Below are positions 63,365 to 64,000 of a DNA stretch of 64,000 nucleotides, in pieces. The stretch spans positions 30,628,001 to 30,692,000 of the forward strand of contig NC_043013.1 of the NCBI RefSeq assembly GCF_006345805.1, written 5' to 3'. The position numbers and the translations under genes were made by a program. The notes beneath the pieces were generated by a model that saw only the letters and a program-made list of their open reading frames with translations, was not told where the DNA came from and did no database searches. The number at the start of each line of letters is the position of its first letter. Position 1 is the first letter of the stretch. Origin of the DNA: Octopus sinensis (lineage: Eukaryota).

Positions 63365-63406
<42 letters not shown>

Positions 63407-64000
63407 ATATATGTGTGTGTGCATTTATGTATATGTATGTATGTATGTATCGATGTATGTATGGTTAAAATTTATAGAAAAAGCAAAAGACGAAGAGAAG
63501 TTTATGAGCAACAATCAAATGTAGTAGATTGATTCCGAAAAATGAAGCAGAAGAGACTTACAGTGACATCCACCTTTGAATAAGGCACGTAAAAGAATAC
63601 ACGCTATCAGACATATGCATAGAATTCTATCAAGTATTGTAAAATTGATGACTGCCAACTGCATTACTTCTATACGTGAGACGAAAACACAATGTAATGC
63701 CCCGAATATTTGACACAGCTACTACAAGAACAATACCTTATAGTTCTAATCTGTATAATGAATACAAAAGTTTTCTATTTTCCATACGTATATGAATATA
63801 AATATAAATTAATTTATATACATATATCTACCTGTATACATATGCTTCTAATATAATATATATAACAATTATGTTTGAAAGTTAGTAATCGCTAGTTTGT
63901 TAGAAAATAAAAGAACAACCCCACTAGGGACGTCTACGTAATTTCACATAATTACTCCTCATAACATAAGTATCATTAAGAAGAAAATATTGCTACTTCT

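Overview
AT-rich eukaryotic DNA dominated by transposons and microsatellites; it is not prokaryotic, and I found no operons, CRISPR arrays, rRNA or true tRNA genes. The SINE families resemble octopus repeats from memory, so an octopod cephalopod is my unverified inference. No host protein-coding exon could be supported; nearly all short ORFs in the track are microsatellite or TE read-through. Main content: (1) a young 5'-truncated R4/Dong-type LINE with an open 713-codon RT + restriction-like endonuclease frame sitting in (AAT)n, plus two decayed AAT-associated relatives; (2) a Penelope-like element (RT + GIY-YIG) with direct and inverted pseudo-LTRs; (3) a decayed RTE LINE with an 11-bp TSD, a CR1-like 3' end, Gypsy gag remnants, several mariner/DD37D remnants and many tRNA-derived SINEs; (4) a 4.3-kb array of ~98 x 44-bp units; (5) a fold-back element with ~135-bp arms. 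The most striking signal not shown by the ORF track is a set of minimal type I hammerhead ribozyme motifs from several unrelated families. One has a fully canonical core (58688-58771), one has a U3-A8 compensatory core (30428-30476), three pseudo-LTR copies share a variant CUGAUGCG core, and several are degenerate. All structures were paired by eye, not folded computationally.
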